Counted from the stretch's first letter, positions 13,369 to 26,313 are shown. The stretch: 64,000 nucleotides of DNA from Octopus vulgaris (GCA_951406725.2 OX597833.1:26598001-26662000); one strand, 5' to 3'. Notes: a model not told the origin generated them from the letters alone. Made by a program: numbers and translations.

Positions 13369-13440
13369 GTGGTCTGATCAATAAATGTCCAGATAGACCC
13401 CGAGCACTGCTCTGCAAGCGCACTAAATTTTAACTTTATA
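13368..13440 (+). mobile_element. Solo mariner-like TIR fragment
   Basis: TA-CGTGGTCTGATCAATAAATGTCC matches the TIRs at 12312 and 13127. Confidence 0.6.
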
Positions 13441-13461
13441 TATATGTGTGTGTATGTGTAA

Positions 13462-13492
<31 letters not shown>

Positions 13493-14023
13493 GAAAGAAA
13501 GAGAGATTTATGTATAAATGTAGATAGATAGATATATAGATAGATAGATAGATAGATACACATACACACGTACATACATGTATATATGTAATTATAAGAT
13601 CCAATAATCTGAGTCTAGGAATTTGTAAGATTCGAGCTTCCTGTGTTAGGTTTAAAAAGACATCGCTCAGCATCACTCACACAATAGCAATTTATTGGCG
13701 TCGATCGTTGTACGCTTTTCCCCTATCGAAGTTCGATAAGCTGAAAACAATCCTTTTATAGCTCACAGTTAGTTACTTGAGATACCATGACTGCGAAAGT
13801 CTATACTCTACACAAACACAGGCACATACACGCACACACATATCACACACGAATACACATACTCACACACACACTGGAAGCAGAGGACTAACGCAAAGAC
13901 GTAGATATCTTTGGAAATGATACACATGATATCACGATAAGAATAATTTTCTTATCAGCGGTATAACACGTGAACACTATACATCAGAGTTTGCATGCCC
14001 TATCATATCATTATATACATATA

Positions 14024-14172
14024 GGCGCAGCTGAATCTGTGTGATAAGGAATTTCCTTCCCAACCATATGTTTCCAGGTTCAGTCCCACTGCGTGGCACA
14101 TTCGGCAGGTATCTTCGGGTTGCGCAAGTTTTGTGAGTGGATTTAGTAGACGGAAATTGAAAGAAGCCCGTA
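14024..14172 (+). mobile_element. SINE family B, 5' half
   Basis: GGCGCAG...GGTTCAGTCCCACTGCGTGGCAC...GTAGACGGAAATTGAAAGAAGCCCG. Confidence 0.8.
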
Positions 14173-14346
14173 CCTATATTTATGTGTGTGCATGTGTGTG
14201 TGCGTGTGCGTGTATGTGCATGCATGTATGTGTGTGCGCGCGTGTGCGTATGTGTGTGTGTGTGTACGCGCGTGTGCGTATGTGTGTATGTGCGCGCGTG
14301 TGAGTATGTGTGCGCGCGTATGCGAATGTGTGTGTGTATGCGCGCG

Positions 14347-14437
14347 AGATATTTGCCCAACTTGCCACGCACTAGGACTGAACCCGGAACCATGTGGTTG
14401 TGAAGCAAACTTCATATCACACATCCACGCCTGCGCC
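14347..14437 (-). mobile_element. SINE family B head, inverted relative to the 14024 copy
   Basis: Reverse complement reads GGCGCAGGCGTGGATGTGTG...CCACATGGTTCCGGGTTCAGTCC. Confidence 0.8.
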
Positions 14438-15568
14438 TATTCTGATCAGAAAATCTCAATTAACTTAGCATGCTTTTACATCAAGAAGCCAAAATATTCA
14501 ATAAGGTGTCTTCAAAACATAAACACAAGAGCCAAGAGCATCAAATAATCAAAATTTCTAAAACTAAATTCGATCTATCTAGTTATTGCTTGTCTCTTCA
14601 AATCAAACTAGTGAAAACAACGTACGTACTTTTATTTCTTTCGAACCCCTTCACGAAGCAGTAAGCACATACACACAGATACCCATACACACACACACAC
14701 ACAAACACACAAACTCTCACACACAACTCTCACACACACAGGTATATGGTTGTTTATAACGTTTTTCTAATTTTTATTAAACTGAACCTGAGAATTTATC
14801 TGGTAACTCGAGATTCACGCCAAAGAAATTTTCTGGCCTGACCTGACGTGAAACTAGACTCCTGAGAAGAACGACATAGTTCAGACCATATCATCTACAA
14901 CCTTTATTGAGCACTCTTTTCCTATTCATTTGACAATAAGTAATGTACCTATACGAAAATATATGTTTGTGAGTGTGTGAGTGTGTGAATTTGTACTTAA
15001 GTATGTACATGTATATATATGTACGTACATATAGGATCGTGGTAGGTCTGTCGTGTCCCTTTCCATGTATAACTAAAGCTGGCAGAGCTAATTCCTTTCC
15101 ACATCTGTGAACACAGAAATTTCTTCCAAAGATTGAAGAAGCGACAACTTGAAGAATCGATTTCTCTATCATCCTAGTACTTTATTTATCGGCCATCGGG
15201 TGGATTTGATACAGGATTTAATCTCAGGGCTGCGGCTTAAATCTCAGAAGAGATCCTAATGATTCTGTCAATTCGTGGGTCTATGAGCTTTTATAAACTT
15301 ATAGGCCATGTATTCAAACGATATCTTATACTACAATTAACATGGCTTTTATTGAAAACGTATTCAAATGATGTTATTAAGATAATATATCCCATAATAT
15401 TTAGTAAACAAACAAATAGTTTCTATTTTTGCTTTTAGCGTTTCTCAGTGTCATATATATATATATACATACACACACATATATACATATATATACATAT
15501 ATACACACACATATATATATATGTATATACATATATATACATATATATACATATATATATACATATAT

Positions 15569-15634
<66 letters not shown>

Positions 15635-15928
15635 TTGATCTGTTTGTTTTGATACTGGTATTACTTTTGAACTCCTTTAATTAATTTGCTGTACTTGATA
15701 TTATCGTCGTTTACATTCCATAAATGGTTGTTTTCATAAGATTGTTATGTAAATATACATATCATTAGACGACTAAATACATACAAAAGAAAAGTAGTGA
15801 TTCATAAAGTCACATACATTCACATACGCTTACACATGCACACACATATGCATACATATGGAAGCATGCAACTACACATAAAAGTCTGTTTCGGTAATAC
15901 GCATAGGCACACACGCATATATAGAAAA

Positions 15929-16044
<116 letters not shown>

Positions 16045-16549
16045 GGCGAGAGAGAGAGAAAGATATGTTCGTGCATGTGCGTTTGTGCGTGTGTATGTAT
16101 GTATATTTGTATGGTTGTATGTATATATGAAGGCAAGACTGGAAATGTCAAAATCACTTTTGATTGATCTTTGAGTAGATTAAAATTGACGAATCAGGCG
16201 AAAACATATTAAGATATTTATATTTAGTTAACATTGTAGCGCAGGAATCGCAGCAACAGCAGCAGTAGCAACAACAACAACATCGAAACGATAGCTATTT
16301 CTAAAACTGAAAAGAAAATATGACATTGTTATAGACAACAACAACAAAAACTATAAAGCCAACATGAAATTAAAGATTATATGATGTTTACGTAAAAATG
16401 AATATTAGCTATAAGGATATCTAAGGAGACAAACACAACGTATAATAATCTTGTGTGATGGGCGTTAAGTTGATTTATTGCTCCCTGGTGCGTGACTGGT
16501 ATTCAATTCATGGAACCCGGAATGACAGAGTCCGTTCATAATAATCATT

Positions 16550-16761
16550 TTTACTAAAGGCACAAGGTCTGAAACCTTTTGAGAGAAGTGATTAGTCGAT
16601 TACATCGACTCCGTTATTTCACTGGTACTTAATTTATGGACCCCAAAAGTATGAAAAACAAAGTCGACCTCGGTGGAATTTGAACCCAGAATGTAAAGAC
16701 GAACGAAATGCTGCTAAACGTTTTTCCCGTCGGGCTAACGACTCTGCCAGCTCGCCGCCTT
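16550..16761 (-). mobile_element. SINE family A
   Basis: ...GTCGACCTCGGTGGAATTTGAACCCAGAA...CTGCCAGCTCGCCGCCTT. Confidence 0.85.
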
Positions 16762-16829
16762 AAACCCATTCATAATAATGACAGTTGTTTTTTAAGGCAT
16801 AATTCTATACGTATCGTCAGAGGGTTTCA

Positions 16830-17100
16830 GTTAATTACATCTAACTGTGTTCTTGACCAGTGCCTTATTTTATCGACTCTGGAATGATAATAGACTAAAT
16901 TGGCTTGGGTGGAATTTGAACTCCGAATATAAGGAGCCTGAATAATGATTTTAAATTTTGACACAAGGCTAGCAATTTCGAGGAGGGGATAAGTCGATTA
17001 CAATGACCCCAGTACTCATCTGGTACTTAATTTTATCAACTCCGAAAGGATGAAAATTACAGTCGATCCCAGTGGAATTTGAACTCCGAACAAAGAGCTC
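16830..17100 (-). mobile_element. Two degenerate SINE family A-related units
   Basis: Repeated GGAATTTGAACTCCGAA and TTTTATC(G/A)ACTC..GAA..ATGA motifs. Confidence 0.65.
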
Positions 17101-18190
17101 GAATAATGATACAAGTTATTTTGTTCCAAGTTATTTAAGGGAGAAGATACATGATTATGTCATGTATCTTCTCCCTTAATTGTTTAAAACTCGTTTGTAA
17201 CATTCTCTAGTGTATCAAACCCGGAGTGGAGAAGGTAACTGTTAATTAAGATGTGATTTAATTCAGAGTGGGACCGGAATAAATACTACTATAAATATCC
17301 TGTTTAACTCATATGCCAGGGACCATTCAAAAGTACTATAGAGATATGAATACAAAACCTTACGAGGATGTACATCGCAACTGAACAACGCCGGGAAAAT
17401 CAGACGAGTTCCACATTTACAATACACCAACAGAAGATTTGTTTTTTAATTTAAAACAAATTTCTTCTGAATACCACTCTTAGTCACTTACACATTCACA
17501 ACCTGCCGAAAGTCTTCCACAAAATTATATGACATTACTAATTTTATTGACGATAAACCTTATATTTCTTTGACTTATGAATTATAACATAAATCTTGGC
17601 ACATATATGTGATGCATCTGCCTGTCCTTTCACTCCAGAAAACAAGATACACACTCCTAAAGCCTCCCTCTGAACTATAAAGAAGATATCAGTTTACTCA
17701 TTGGCGATTTTAATTGTTGTTTGGAACCCAAAATGAAATTTAGTCTGCTTTTGATAGCGAAGAGAAATGTAATCTTTCTCTAGTCTCGTTCACGAATAAA
17801 ACATCCTGGGAATTATTCACTAATATTTGTTATTAAAAATCTGCCATAGATTCTACCTGTTGTTGGCAGCGCTAGCGAATGAGGCGTTTATGTATTTTTT
17901 TACCAAAAGAATATTTGAATGTATTGGCATTGTTGATGTTGTTTATTTTAGGTCTGTAAACTTTTTAGCTATTAGAATATATTTCCGTTAAATTTCTCTG
18001 CAGCTGCATTCGACTGTATTTTTTGAGTGGCAGATAATCCATGGGAATTTCACGGTACGTGGCGTTGTTGATGTCATAATTAAATGTTACAGAAAGGATT
18101 CTGTGATTATATATAAAAGAATCTATGCTTATGATGAAACCAAATTAGGCAGTGCAATAACTAGCACCTATTTCTACCTCAGCCACAGGC

Positions 18191-18264
<74 letters not shown>
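18191..18264. repeat. (AAT)n microsatellite
   Basis: Direct. Confidence 0.95.
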
Positions 18265-18266
<2 letters not shown>

Positions 18267-18317
18267 GTTTCAAATTATTCCACAAGGGCAGCAATTTGGG
18301 GGAGGGGATAAGTCCAT

Positions 18318-19564
18318 TACACCCTAAGGCAGATATATAACATCTCTATCTGCAAAGAAAAGAGGGAGGCTGTGGACTTGTACAACTGGAATTAACAATA
18401 AGGATTTCCACAATTGGCCTATAGACACCTACCTGAAACACACTGATTACTGGATGTTAAAACTTGTCTCCAAGCATGCAAACAAGAAAGCATCATATTC
18501 ACTAACAAAACAGGCAAAGGAATATCTAAGTGAATTCCAAATATTACAAATTCCAGAATTTGTCGTACTACAAACAAGCAAAGAGAAAGCTAAGCATATC
18601 AAAACCCGTGCTAAAACTGGCTCCTTAGATATTCTGACTGATAAATGGCAAGAAAGATCCTCTCAATGGCAAATATCCATAGAGAGCTAATAGTGCCGAT
18701 GTTGACAAAGCCCTTATCTGTCAATGGTTAGTGGCTCCTGGCTTAAAATCAGAAACACAAGGGTTTATCATAGCAGCCCAAGATCAATGTCTATCTACAA
18801 GAAACTACCAGGCCAACATATTAAAGAACAGCAACTGCCCAACATGTCGTGTTTGTCAACAACAAAATGAAACCATTGATCACGTTGTCTTCAAGTGCAG
18901 TCTTCTTGCGCCTACAGAGTATATCAACCGGCATGATATATTCCCTGGGTAATTTGCCAAAACCTGGACATGCCCCATGATAAAAACTGATTGGGACACA
19001 CCACCTCCAGTGCCTGAAAATGATCACATCTCACTCCTCCGGAACTTCCCCATTCAAACTAACAGAAAGATAGATGCAAATACGGCAGACATTATATCGA
19101 AAGACTTCGGAGAAAAATCATGCCTCCTCTGTCCCAATCGATATAAACGTATCTGTCAAGACCTACCAAAAACTGAGCAAGTATAAAGATTTTGAAATAG
19201 TAACTGGCAAAATATGGAACCTGAAGAATAAAAAAATACCTGTTGTCATAGGTACCCTAGAAAAGGGGCTGATTGCTACCTAGCTCAGATACCAGCAAAC
19301 CCTAAAATGGCAGAAATTCAAAAGATAGCGTTCATAGGGCTACCCATATCCTACGAAAAATACTGTCTATGTAATCTCAAGTTTTAAAACAAACTCAAAA
19401 TGTTCATGTTTTCTTTAAAATTCTCTAGAAAAATACTTTGTGCAAAACCAAATATATGACACCCTAGGCATAACACCAAAATGATCTTCTAACTTGTTGT
19501 CTCTTGAGGTGTCTGGGTGAGACTTGGAGCCAACTTGTACAAATACAAATCAAAAATCAAACAT
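18318..19564 (+). mobile_element. R4/Dong-type non-LTR retrotransposon, 5'-truncated and frameshifted (3' UTR type D2)
   Basis: HPKAD..LYLQRKEGG, GLKSETQGFIIAAQDQ, CRVC-x8-H-x4-C knuckle, RHD, KLSKYKD, PVVIGTL; 3' UTR ends CAAAAATCAAACAT before a GAT/AAT tract. Confidence 0.88.
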
Positions 19565-19617
19565 GAGGATGATGATGATAAAGATTATAATAACATAATA
19601 ATAATAACGACGACGAC

Positions 19618-19658
<41 letters not shown>

Positions 19659-21205
19659 CGACGACGACGACGATGCTGATGATGATGATGATGCTGATGA
19701 TAATGATGATGATAATGATGATGATTTCATCTCAATGCGAAGGTTCTTTCATAGGTCCATACTAACAATGTCATGTGAATGACTTCCTTCGACGGGAACT
19801 ATATATATTCCGACAACGTCTTCCTTGTAAATCGTTTTTACAATTTGCTACCATATATTATCGATTGCAGTAACCTGTCTAAGAGATGAAGCAAAGGAAT
19901 ACAAAATTCAGGCTGCAAGTTTATCTCTCATAAAATCAAGCTCTTTATGTTACGTAAATAGCTCTATACTGGTCGTATAGAACCTTTATGGATCATACGG
20001 CAGAGCGAGTTTAACACTAATATTTGTCAGAGCAGCAACTTAAACAGTAATTTTGTCGCATGTCAGTGTGTATGAATATGTGTTAATGTGTGTGTTCGTG
20101 TATTTCTATTGCTGTTATTGTTGATTGAGCAGACCTTTGATCAAAAGTGTTACATCTTTAACAATTCCTATTCAAGTATAAATAGCTACGAATATGTAAT
20201 CCAATGTGTGCGTTTCCTGTGTTTAAGGCGGAAGGTCGTAATTTAAGGGAAATTTAAAGCAATATCCAAGAGGCCATATAGCTACATAAAGGCTCTTTCA
20301 TTACTTCAAATATTATTTTCATGTTAAGTTGTACACGTGTGCTAATGTCTTGCAGAGTAAATATTTACTAACTACACGGGGTTCAGCTAACATTTCAACG
20401 AAGATATAGTTTTTTTAAATAATTAGTAAAGAGTGAAGTTATTATGTTTAACATTACAAAGAGTTCGTATTTTATGACATCTGGGAGATCGATGCATATT
20501 CTCGCACGAGTTATAAGTTTTCTGTACCAATGCCATCTGGCATATACAAACGCACATGAACAAAAATGTATCATGCAAACGTCTACGTTGTAGAATAAGG
20601 CGCTTCAGAATATCTCTACAATTCTTAAAGATGAATTTTTCTGTTGCAGCTCTCATAAATCATATTTCAAAACCTTCATCAATATTCTGTATTTTCTCTT
20701 CTTTGCAGGCTTGGTATCACTTGGCAGCACCGGCGATGTAGCATGTAGAAAATTCTGCATTTGGCAATTCAGTAATTACATTTTTCAACGTATTGATCGA
20801 AAACTGATGTGTTTATAACTGAACCTATAAAGTGCGCTTTGAAGTAAATAAAATAGTTTTTTTCGAAATAACGTTTATTTTTAAAGAATGTTCAGTTACG
20901 TATATATATATTCATAACTAATTAGAATCAGTGAAAATATGTTGTGACTGAAAATATCACTATGATCCTATGACAAGGAAATATAACAAGGCAAATCCAA
21001 ATAGTTCTAGTTTAAAATTTAAGCATGTAGATCTCAAAGTATTACCATTAACCGATTATTTCATCAATATACATATATACAAGTACTATACACATACATT
21101 CACACACACAAACTCATATATGTGTGTGTGTGTGATGTGCGTAAATATAGACATATACACATACATACTCATATCTATATATACAAAATATATATGATAA
21201 ATATC

Positions 21206-21245
<40 letters not shown>

Positions 21246-21263
21246 ATGCGCAGTGGGGCTGTG

Positions 21264-21322
<59 letters not shown>

Positions 21323-21421
21323 GAATATATATATATGCATGTACATATATATAGATAGATAGATGAATAATGTACATGTAAATGGACTAAGCGGAGCAAG
21401 AGCATACACGAGGACGGAACG

Positions 21422-21465
21422 TGTCGCTGAAGCGGTCTCAGGTGTGGACGAAAGACTTCCGGACA
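21422..21465 (+). ncRNA. Hammerhead-ribozyme-like motif (variant core CUGAAGCG) in a short microsatellite-flanked element (~21365-21585)
   Basis: TGTCG-CTGAAGCG-GTC tcaggtgtg GAC-GAAA-GACT-TC-CGGACA. Confidence 0.5.
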
Positions 21466-21580
21466 ATGGACATGAGTTAGAATGAGAACAATAATAATAA
21501 ATGAGTGAAGAACGAATATATAATGTGTGTATGTAGCTGGCAAAGAAAAATGATAATAATAATAATGACCATACTGAAAT

Positions 21581-21620
<40 letters not shown>

Positions 21621-21621
<1 letters not shown>

Positions 21622-21949
21622 TGACATTTCGCTGGTTACGACGACGAGCGTTCCAGTTGATCCGATCAATGGAACAACCTGCTCGTGAAATTAACGTGCA
21701 AGTGACTGAGCACTCCACAGAATGTAGTTCTCAGGGAGATTCAGCGTGACACACAGTGTCCAGTTTGGCCTTATGAAATACAGATACAACGGAAACAGGA
21801 AGAAAAAATGAGAGACAGTTGTGGTGAAAACAGCGTGGAGCTTTAGATATTTTCGCTCAATAAATACTCGCAACCTCCGGTCTGGGAATCGAAACCGCGA
21901 TCCTATGACTGTGAGTCCGCTGCCCTAACCACTGGGCCATTGCGCCTCC
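21621..21949 (-). mobile_element. SINE family C (tRNA head GGAGGCGCAATGGCCCAGTGGTTAGGGCAG)
   Basis: Box A TGGCCCAGTGG and box B GGTTTCGATTCC; homologous to 26020-26313. Confidence 0.85.
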
Positions 21950-22635
21950 ACACACACGCACACGCACATATGGATGGAAGTATGCATTTATGCATGTATA
22001 TATGTATTGTATGGATACATGCTGTCGAAGGCTCAGACTGTTTCTCGGCGGTCTACATAAACTTGTATTATTTAAGACTCAACCGTCAAAATAACTCTTC
22101 ACGGGTGTATTTAAGATTATTATTCGCTAAAACGTACGTCATTTGGGCAAACACATATTTGAACTAAACTGCCGCTTATTCTATCGCTGATGTATGTATG
22201 GGTATGAGTGTGTACATGTTTAATTTCCGATAAAAGTTTTATACATTTATTTTTTTCTAAATACTCACATTAGAAACTACTCTTTGTGAGTACTTTTATA
22301 TATATGTAAAATTTTGTGCATGAAATTTATTTATGTGAGAATGTTTTTGTGCGTTTACCGTTGTAATGAGAAGAAACTGGATCAATTTTGAATCGATTCA
22401 AATTACACGGTGCATTGAAATGGAATCTAAAACGGTTGTAAATTCTTTGCTCAATGGTTGATCTCATGTAAATGACAATTTCCATATAATTTGATTTTGA
22501 TGCAGGTTGCTGAATGTGAGCAGCATGATAATTTGCAGTCTCCAAACAGCAGTCTTTCTTTACATTTAACAGTAGGGCACTAACTTACACTTTAACATCA
22601 ACACAACCATACTTTTCAATCTTTCGCAATCCACT

Positions 22636-22803
22636 TTTAAACTAGGCCCCACCTGCAAGGTCATGCACTGTCTATCTTGATATGAGATCACCATGTCGCG
22701 CACATGTATTTGTGATGCATACGCCTGGTGTACACTTATCAGACGGGCAGTCATGATGGGTATATCAGGCTTCGTATATTTTTACCCCAGTGTCACTTTG
22801 ATA
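22636..22803 (+). mobile_element. Non-coding element E, short form (3' tip missing)
   Basis: GGCCCCACCTGCAAGGTCATGC...CCCCAGTGTCACTTTGAT, homologous to 28186-28731. Confidence 0.8.
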
Positions 22804-22809
22804 GCAGGT

Positions 22810-23275
22810 GCTTGAATAAGTATTCAAGATGTGGGCATGTAGGTAAAAACAATACCTATTTTAATTGGAGCATTGAGCATGATAAAAATAAACATGAATA
22901 AAAGGTAGAAACTATAACTGGATCCTCAACACTACACAATGTCCAAAAAATAGCCCTGCTTGGAACTACCCCACAGCATACGCAAGACACACTCAATCCA
23001 ATAATACAACCTAAACAAAACAACCCGCCAGCACAAGACGCAATTATCGCAATTATCCAGTGAAATAAACTTCCACCAACAATTTGTATAACCATTGCAT
23101 TACACACACGCAACATACTAGACAAGCAGTAACACAACAAAAGCCTACACAACACCTAAGAAAAAATCTAACACACACCCAACAGCAGAAAAAAAACAAA
23201 CAATGCTGCACACATCCTAGCAAAACGGATGCTGTAGAAATTTGCTTCAACCTAACAAATGTTGAACAGTTATAC
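22810..23275 (+). mobile_element. Old R4/Dong-type 3' fragment with 3' UTR (type D5)
   Basis: VKTIPILIGALSMIK and TLHNVQKIALLGT match the Dong C-terminus; followed by (TAA)n; UTR extent inferred. Confidence 0.65.
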
Positions 23276-23288
23276 TATAATAATAATC

Positions 23289-23611
23289 ATTGATGTAGCC
23301 ATACCAAATGATATGAATGTTGTGAGTAAAGAGGTTGAAAAAAATCAAGCACTTCGAAGTGGAAGTGGTACTGGCAAGACTGCATACAATGCAAGAGGGT
23401 AATGCAAAACTGACACCAGTGGTCATCAGTGCGTTGGATTCAAGACTTCTTAAGGCAACTAGAAATTCCATGCAAGATTGATGTATTGCAAAATGCAGCC
23501 TTATTGGGTACAGTGCACATCTTAAGGGAAGTATATTCTGTCTGAGGCCCTTGTGACTTGACAGATGACTAAAGACTCCGGTCCATTTTTACCTAAACTG
23601 TGTTACGAAGG
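23289..23611 (+). mobile_element. R4/Dong-type 3' fragment (type D4)
   Basis: IDVAIPNDMNVVSKEVEK, TPVVISAL, QNAALLGTVHILREV; (TAA)n on both sides. Confidence 0.75.
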
Positions 23612-23627
23612 AATAATAATAATAATA

Positions 23628-24563
23628 GATGAAGAAGAAACAACAAAAGCTATAAAACAAATGAAATCCAAACTAAAAATAGAACAGCAACGAGCCATGA
23701 TAAAACGATGGCAAGAAAAGCCCCTTCATGGTAAATACTGCACTAAACGCAAAAGAAATAGACAAAGAAAAATCCCAGCAATGGTTGAGAAGCTCAGGAC
23801 TCAAAGCAGAAACAGAGGGATTTTTAATTGCAGCACAAGACCAAAGACTCCCCACCAGAAATTACCAAAAACATGTAATGAAAAGAAATATTACAAGTAA
23901 CTGCAGAATATGTGGAGATGGACAAGAAACAATAAATCATATTATCTCTAGCTGCCCAGTCCTGGCTAAGAAGGAATATATTCACAGACATGACAGAGTT
24001 GGAACCTACATACATTGGAAGCTATGCCAACATTATGGAATAACAACAGAAAAAAGATGGTATAGGCACACACCAGAAAAGGTCACAGAAAACGAGAAAG
24101 CAACCATACTCCGGATATGCCGATACACACAGATAGAGAAATTAAGGCCAACAGACCAGATATAGTTGTCAGAGATCATGAAGAAAAAAATGCTTTCTAA
24201 TTGATGTATCACTACCGCCAGATGACAACGTGTCTCTAAAAAAAATGGAGAAACTCTCAAAATACAAAGACCTGGAAATAGAGGTAACTAGAATGTGGAA
24301 CCTGAAAACAGAAACAATTCCTATCATAGTAGGTGCATTAGGCATGATAAAAAAATATTCAGACGAATACATAACAAAAACACCAGGACTTACAAACACA
24401 TATAACATACAGAAAATTGCACTACTAGGCACTGCACACATCCTACGCAGAACACTTTCCATACAATAACCATCAGAGCATCACAACAAATCACAGCACA
24501 TACCCAAGGCACACAGAGCTGTGCTCGGTAGTGAAGTGAAAGCACGCTATAAAAATAAAACTT

Positions 24564-24566
<3 letters not shown>
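23628..24566 (+). mobile_element. R4/Dong-type non-LTR retrotransposon, 5'-truncated (3' UTR type D1)
   Basis: WQEKPLHGKY, WLRSSGLKAETEGFLIAAQDQ, CRIC-x8-H-x4-C, RHDRVG, RPDIVV..D, EKLSKYKDL, GTAHILRRTLSIQ*; flanked by (TAA)n. Confidence 0.92.
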
Positions 24567-24643
<77 letters not shown>

Positions 24644-24682
24644 CAACGATAATAATGATCATGATCATGATCATGATAATTA

Positions 24683-24863
24683 GGACCACACCTGCAAGTT
24701 CATGCGCTATTTGTGTTGATATGTGATCACCATGTCGCGCACATATGGATGTGATGCATGTGCCTGGTCTACCCTTATCAGACGGGTAGTCATGATGGGT
24801 TATTGGGCTTCGTATATTTATACCCCATGTGTCACTTTCATGGCATACACTGTTCTCTCACTC
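24683..24863 (+). mobile_element. Element E, short form, ending CTCTCACTC-(AAT)n
   Basis: Homology to other E copies. Confidence 0.85.
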
Positions 24864-24933
24864 AATAATAATAATAATAATGATGATGATGATGATGATG
24901 ATGATGATGTTGATGATGATAATGATGATACTC

Positions 24934-25108
24934 AGGACCCCACCTGCAAGGTCATGCGCTGTTCATCTTGATATCAGATCGCTACGTCACGCACGCATGG
25001 ATGTGATGCATGTACTTGGTGTACACTTATCAGACGGGTAGTCATAATGGGTTATAGGGCTTCGTATATTTATACCCCAGTGTCACTCTGATGGCATACG
25101 TTGCTCTC
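24934..25108 (+). mobile_element. Element E, short form
   Basis: Homology to 24683-24863. Confidence 0.82.
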
Positions 25109-25402
25109 TGTCTCTCTCTGTCTCTCTCTCTCTCTTTCTCTCTTTCTCAATCAATCAATCAATCAATCAATAATAAAAATAACAATTATGATATTATATA
25201 CTGCTTATTAATTAGGTATGTAACAATTACTAAAAGTACTATAAGAAAGCAATTATTAAAGAGTTGACCATCTGGAAATACTTATATAAATTCATGTTCT
25301 AAGAAATTTCCTATAATTTCGGATTCTCAAGCTTATTGAATTTTTTGGACTTCAATTTCTCGCAACTTTAAATATTCACTATGTCATGTTCATTACAAAT
25401 TT

Positions 25403-25571
25403 AGGAGGGGTTGTGTAATAAGTAGCTTGCTTACTAACCACATCGTTCCGGACTCAGGCCCACTACGTGGAACCTTGGGCAAGCGTCTTCTATTATAGCC
25501 TCGAGGCGACCAAAGCCATGTCTGTGGAAGTGGTAGACGGAAACTGAAAGAACCCCGTAGTATATATATGT

Positions 25572-25667
<96 letters not shown>

Positions 25668-25910
25668 ATATATATATATATGTATATATGCATGTATGTA
25701 TGTGTGTGTTTGTGTATCTGTGTTTGATCCTCCTCCCATCGTTTGACAATTGATGTTGGTGTGTTTACGTTCCCGTAACCAGCGGTTCGGCAAACGGGAT
25801 CGATAGAATAAGTACTAGGCTTGCAAAGAATAAGTTCTGGGGTGGATGTGTTCGACTAAAGGCGTTGCTCCAACATGGCCGCAGTCAAATGACTGAAGCA
25901 AATAAAAGAA
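25403..25910 (+). mobile_element. SINE family B with expanded internal (TA)n
   Basis: Homology to the 47008 copy. Confidence 0.85.
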
Positions 25911-26019
25911 TTCTTTGCATTCATTGCGCAATATTCCATTTTCATTTCCTAAGACTCTCACTTTCTCTTTTAAGTTTTAATTCGCTATTAATGTATACAT
26001 AATGTAAAAATAGTATTGT

Positions 26020-26313
26020 GGAGGGGCAATGACCCAGTGGTAAGGACAACGGACACGCGGTCGTAGGATCGCGGTTTCGATTCTCTGACCGGGCGTTGTG
26101 AGTGTTCATTGAGCGAAAATACCTAAAGCTCCACGGGACTCCTGCAGGGGCGGTAGCGAACCCTGCTGTACTCTTTCATCACACATTTCTCCCACTCTTT
26201 CTTCCTGTTTCTGTTGTCCCTGTATTTCGAAGGATAGCCTTATCACACGAGCAGGCTATTCCGTTGATCGGATCAACTGGAACCCTCGCCGTCGTAACCG
26301 ACGACGTGTCACA
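26020..26313 (+). mobile_element. SINE family C
   Basis: GGAGGGGCAATGACCCAGTGG...GGTTTCGATTC...GATCGGATCAACTGGAACCCTCG. Confidence 0.85.

Noticed and set aside
20423-20741. Weak resemblance to a pogo/Tigger CENP-B HTH (KIQNIDEGFEI*FMRA) and an acceptor-like TTCTTTGCAG
   Set aside because: Too degenerate; no TIRs or supporting exon structure seen.
21621-21949. tRNA-like sequence at SINE heads
   Set aside because: Box A/B are present but continue into SINE bodies; I could not build a complete cloverleaf, so they are not called tRNA genes.
24683-24770. HDV-like ribozyme at the shared 5' start of short E copies
   Set aside because: I could not build the nested double pseudoknot by eye.
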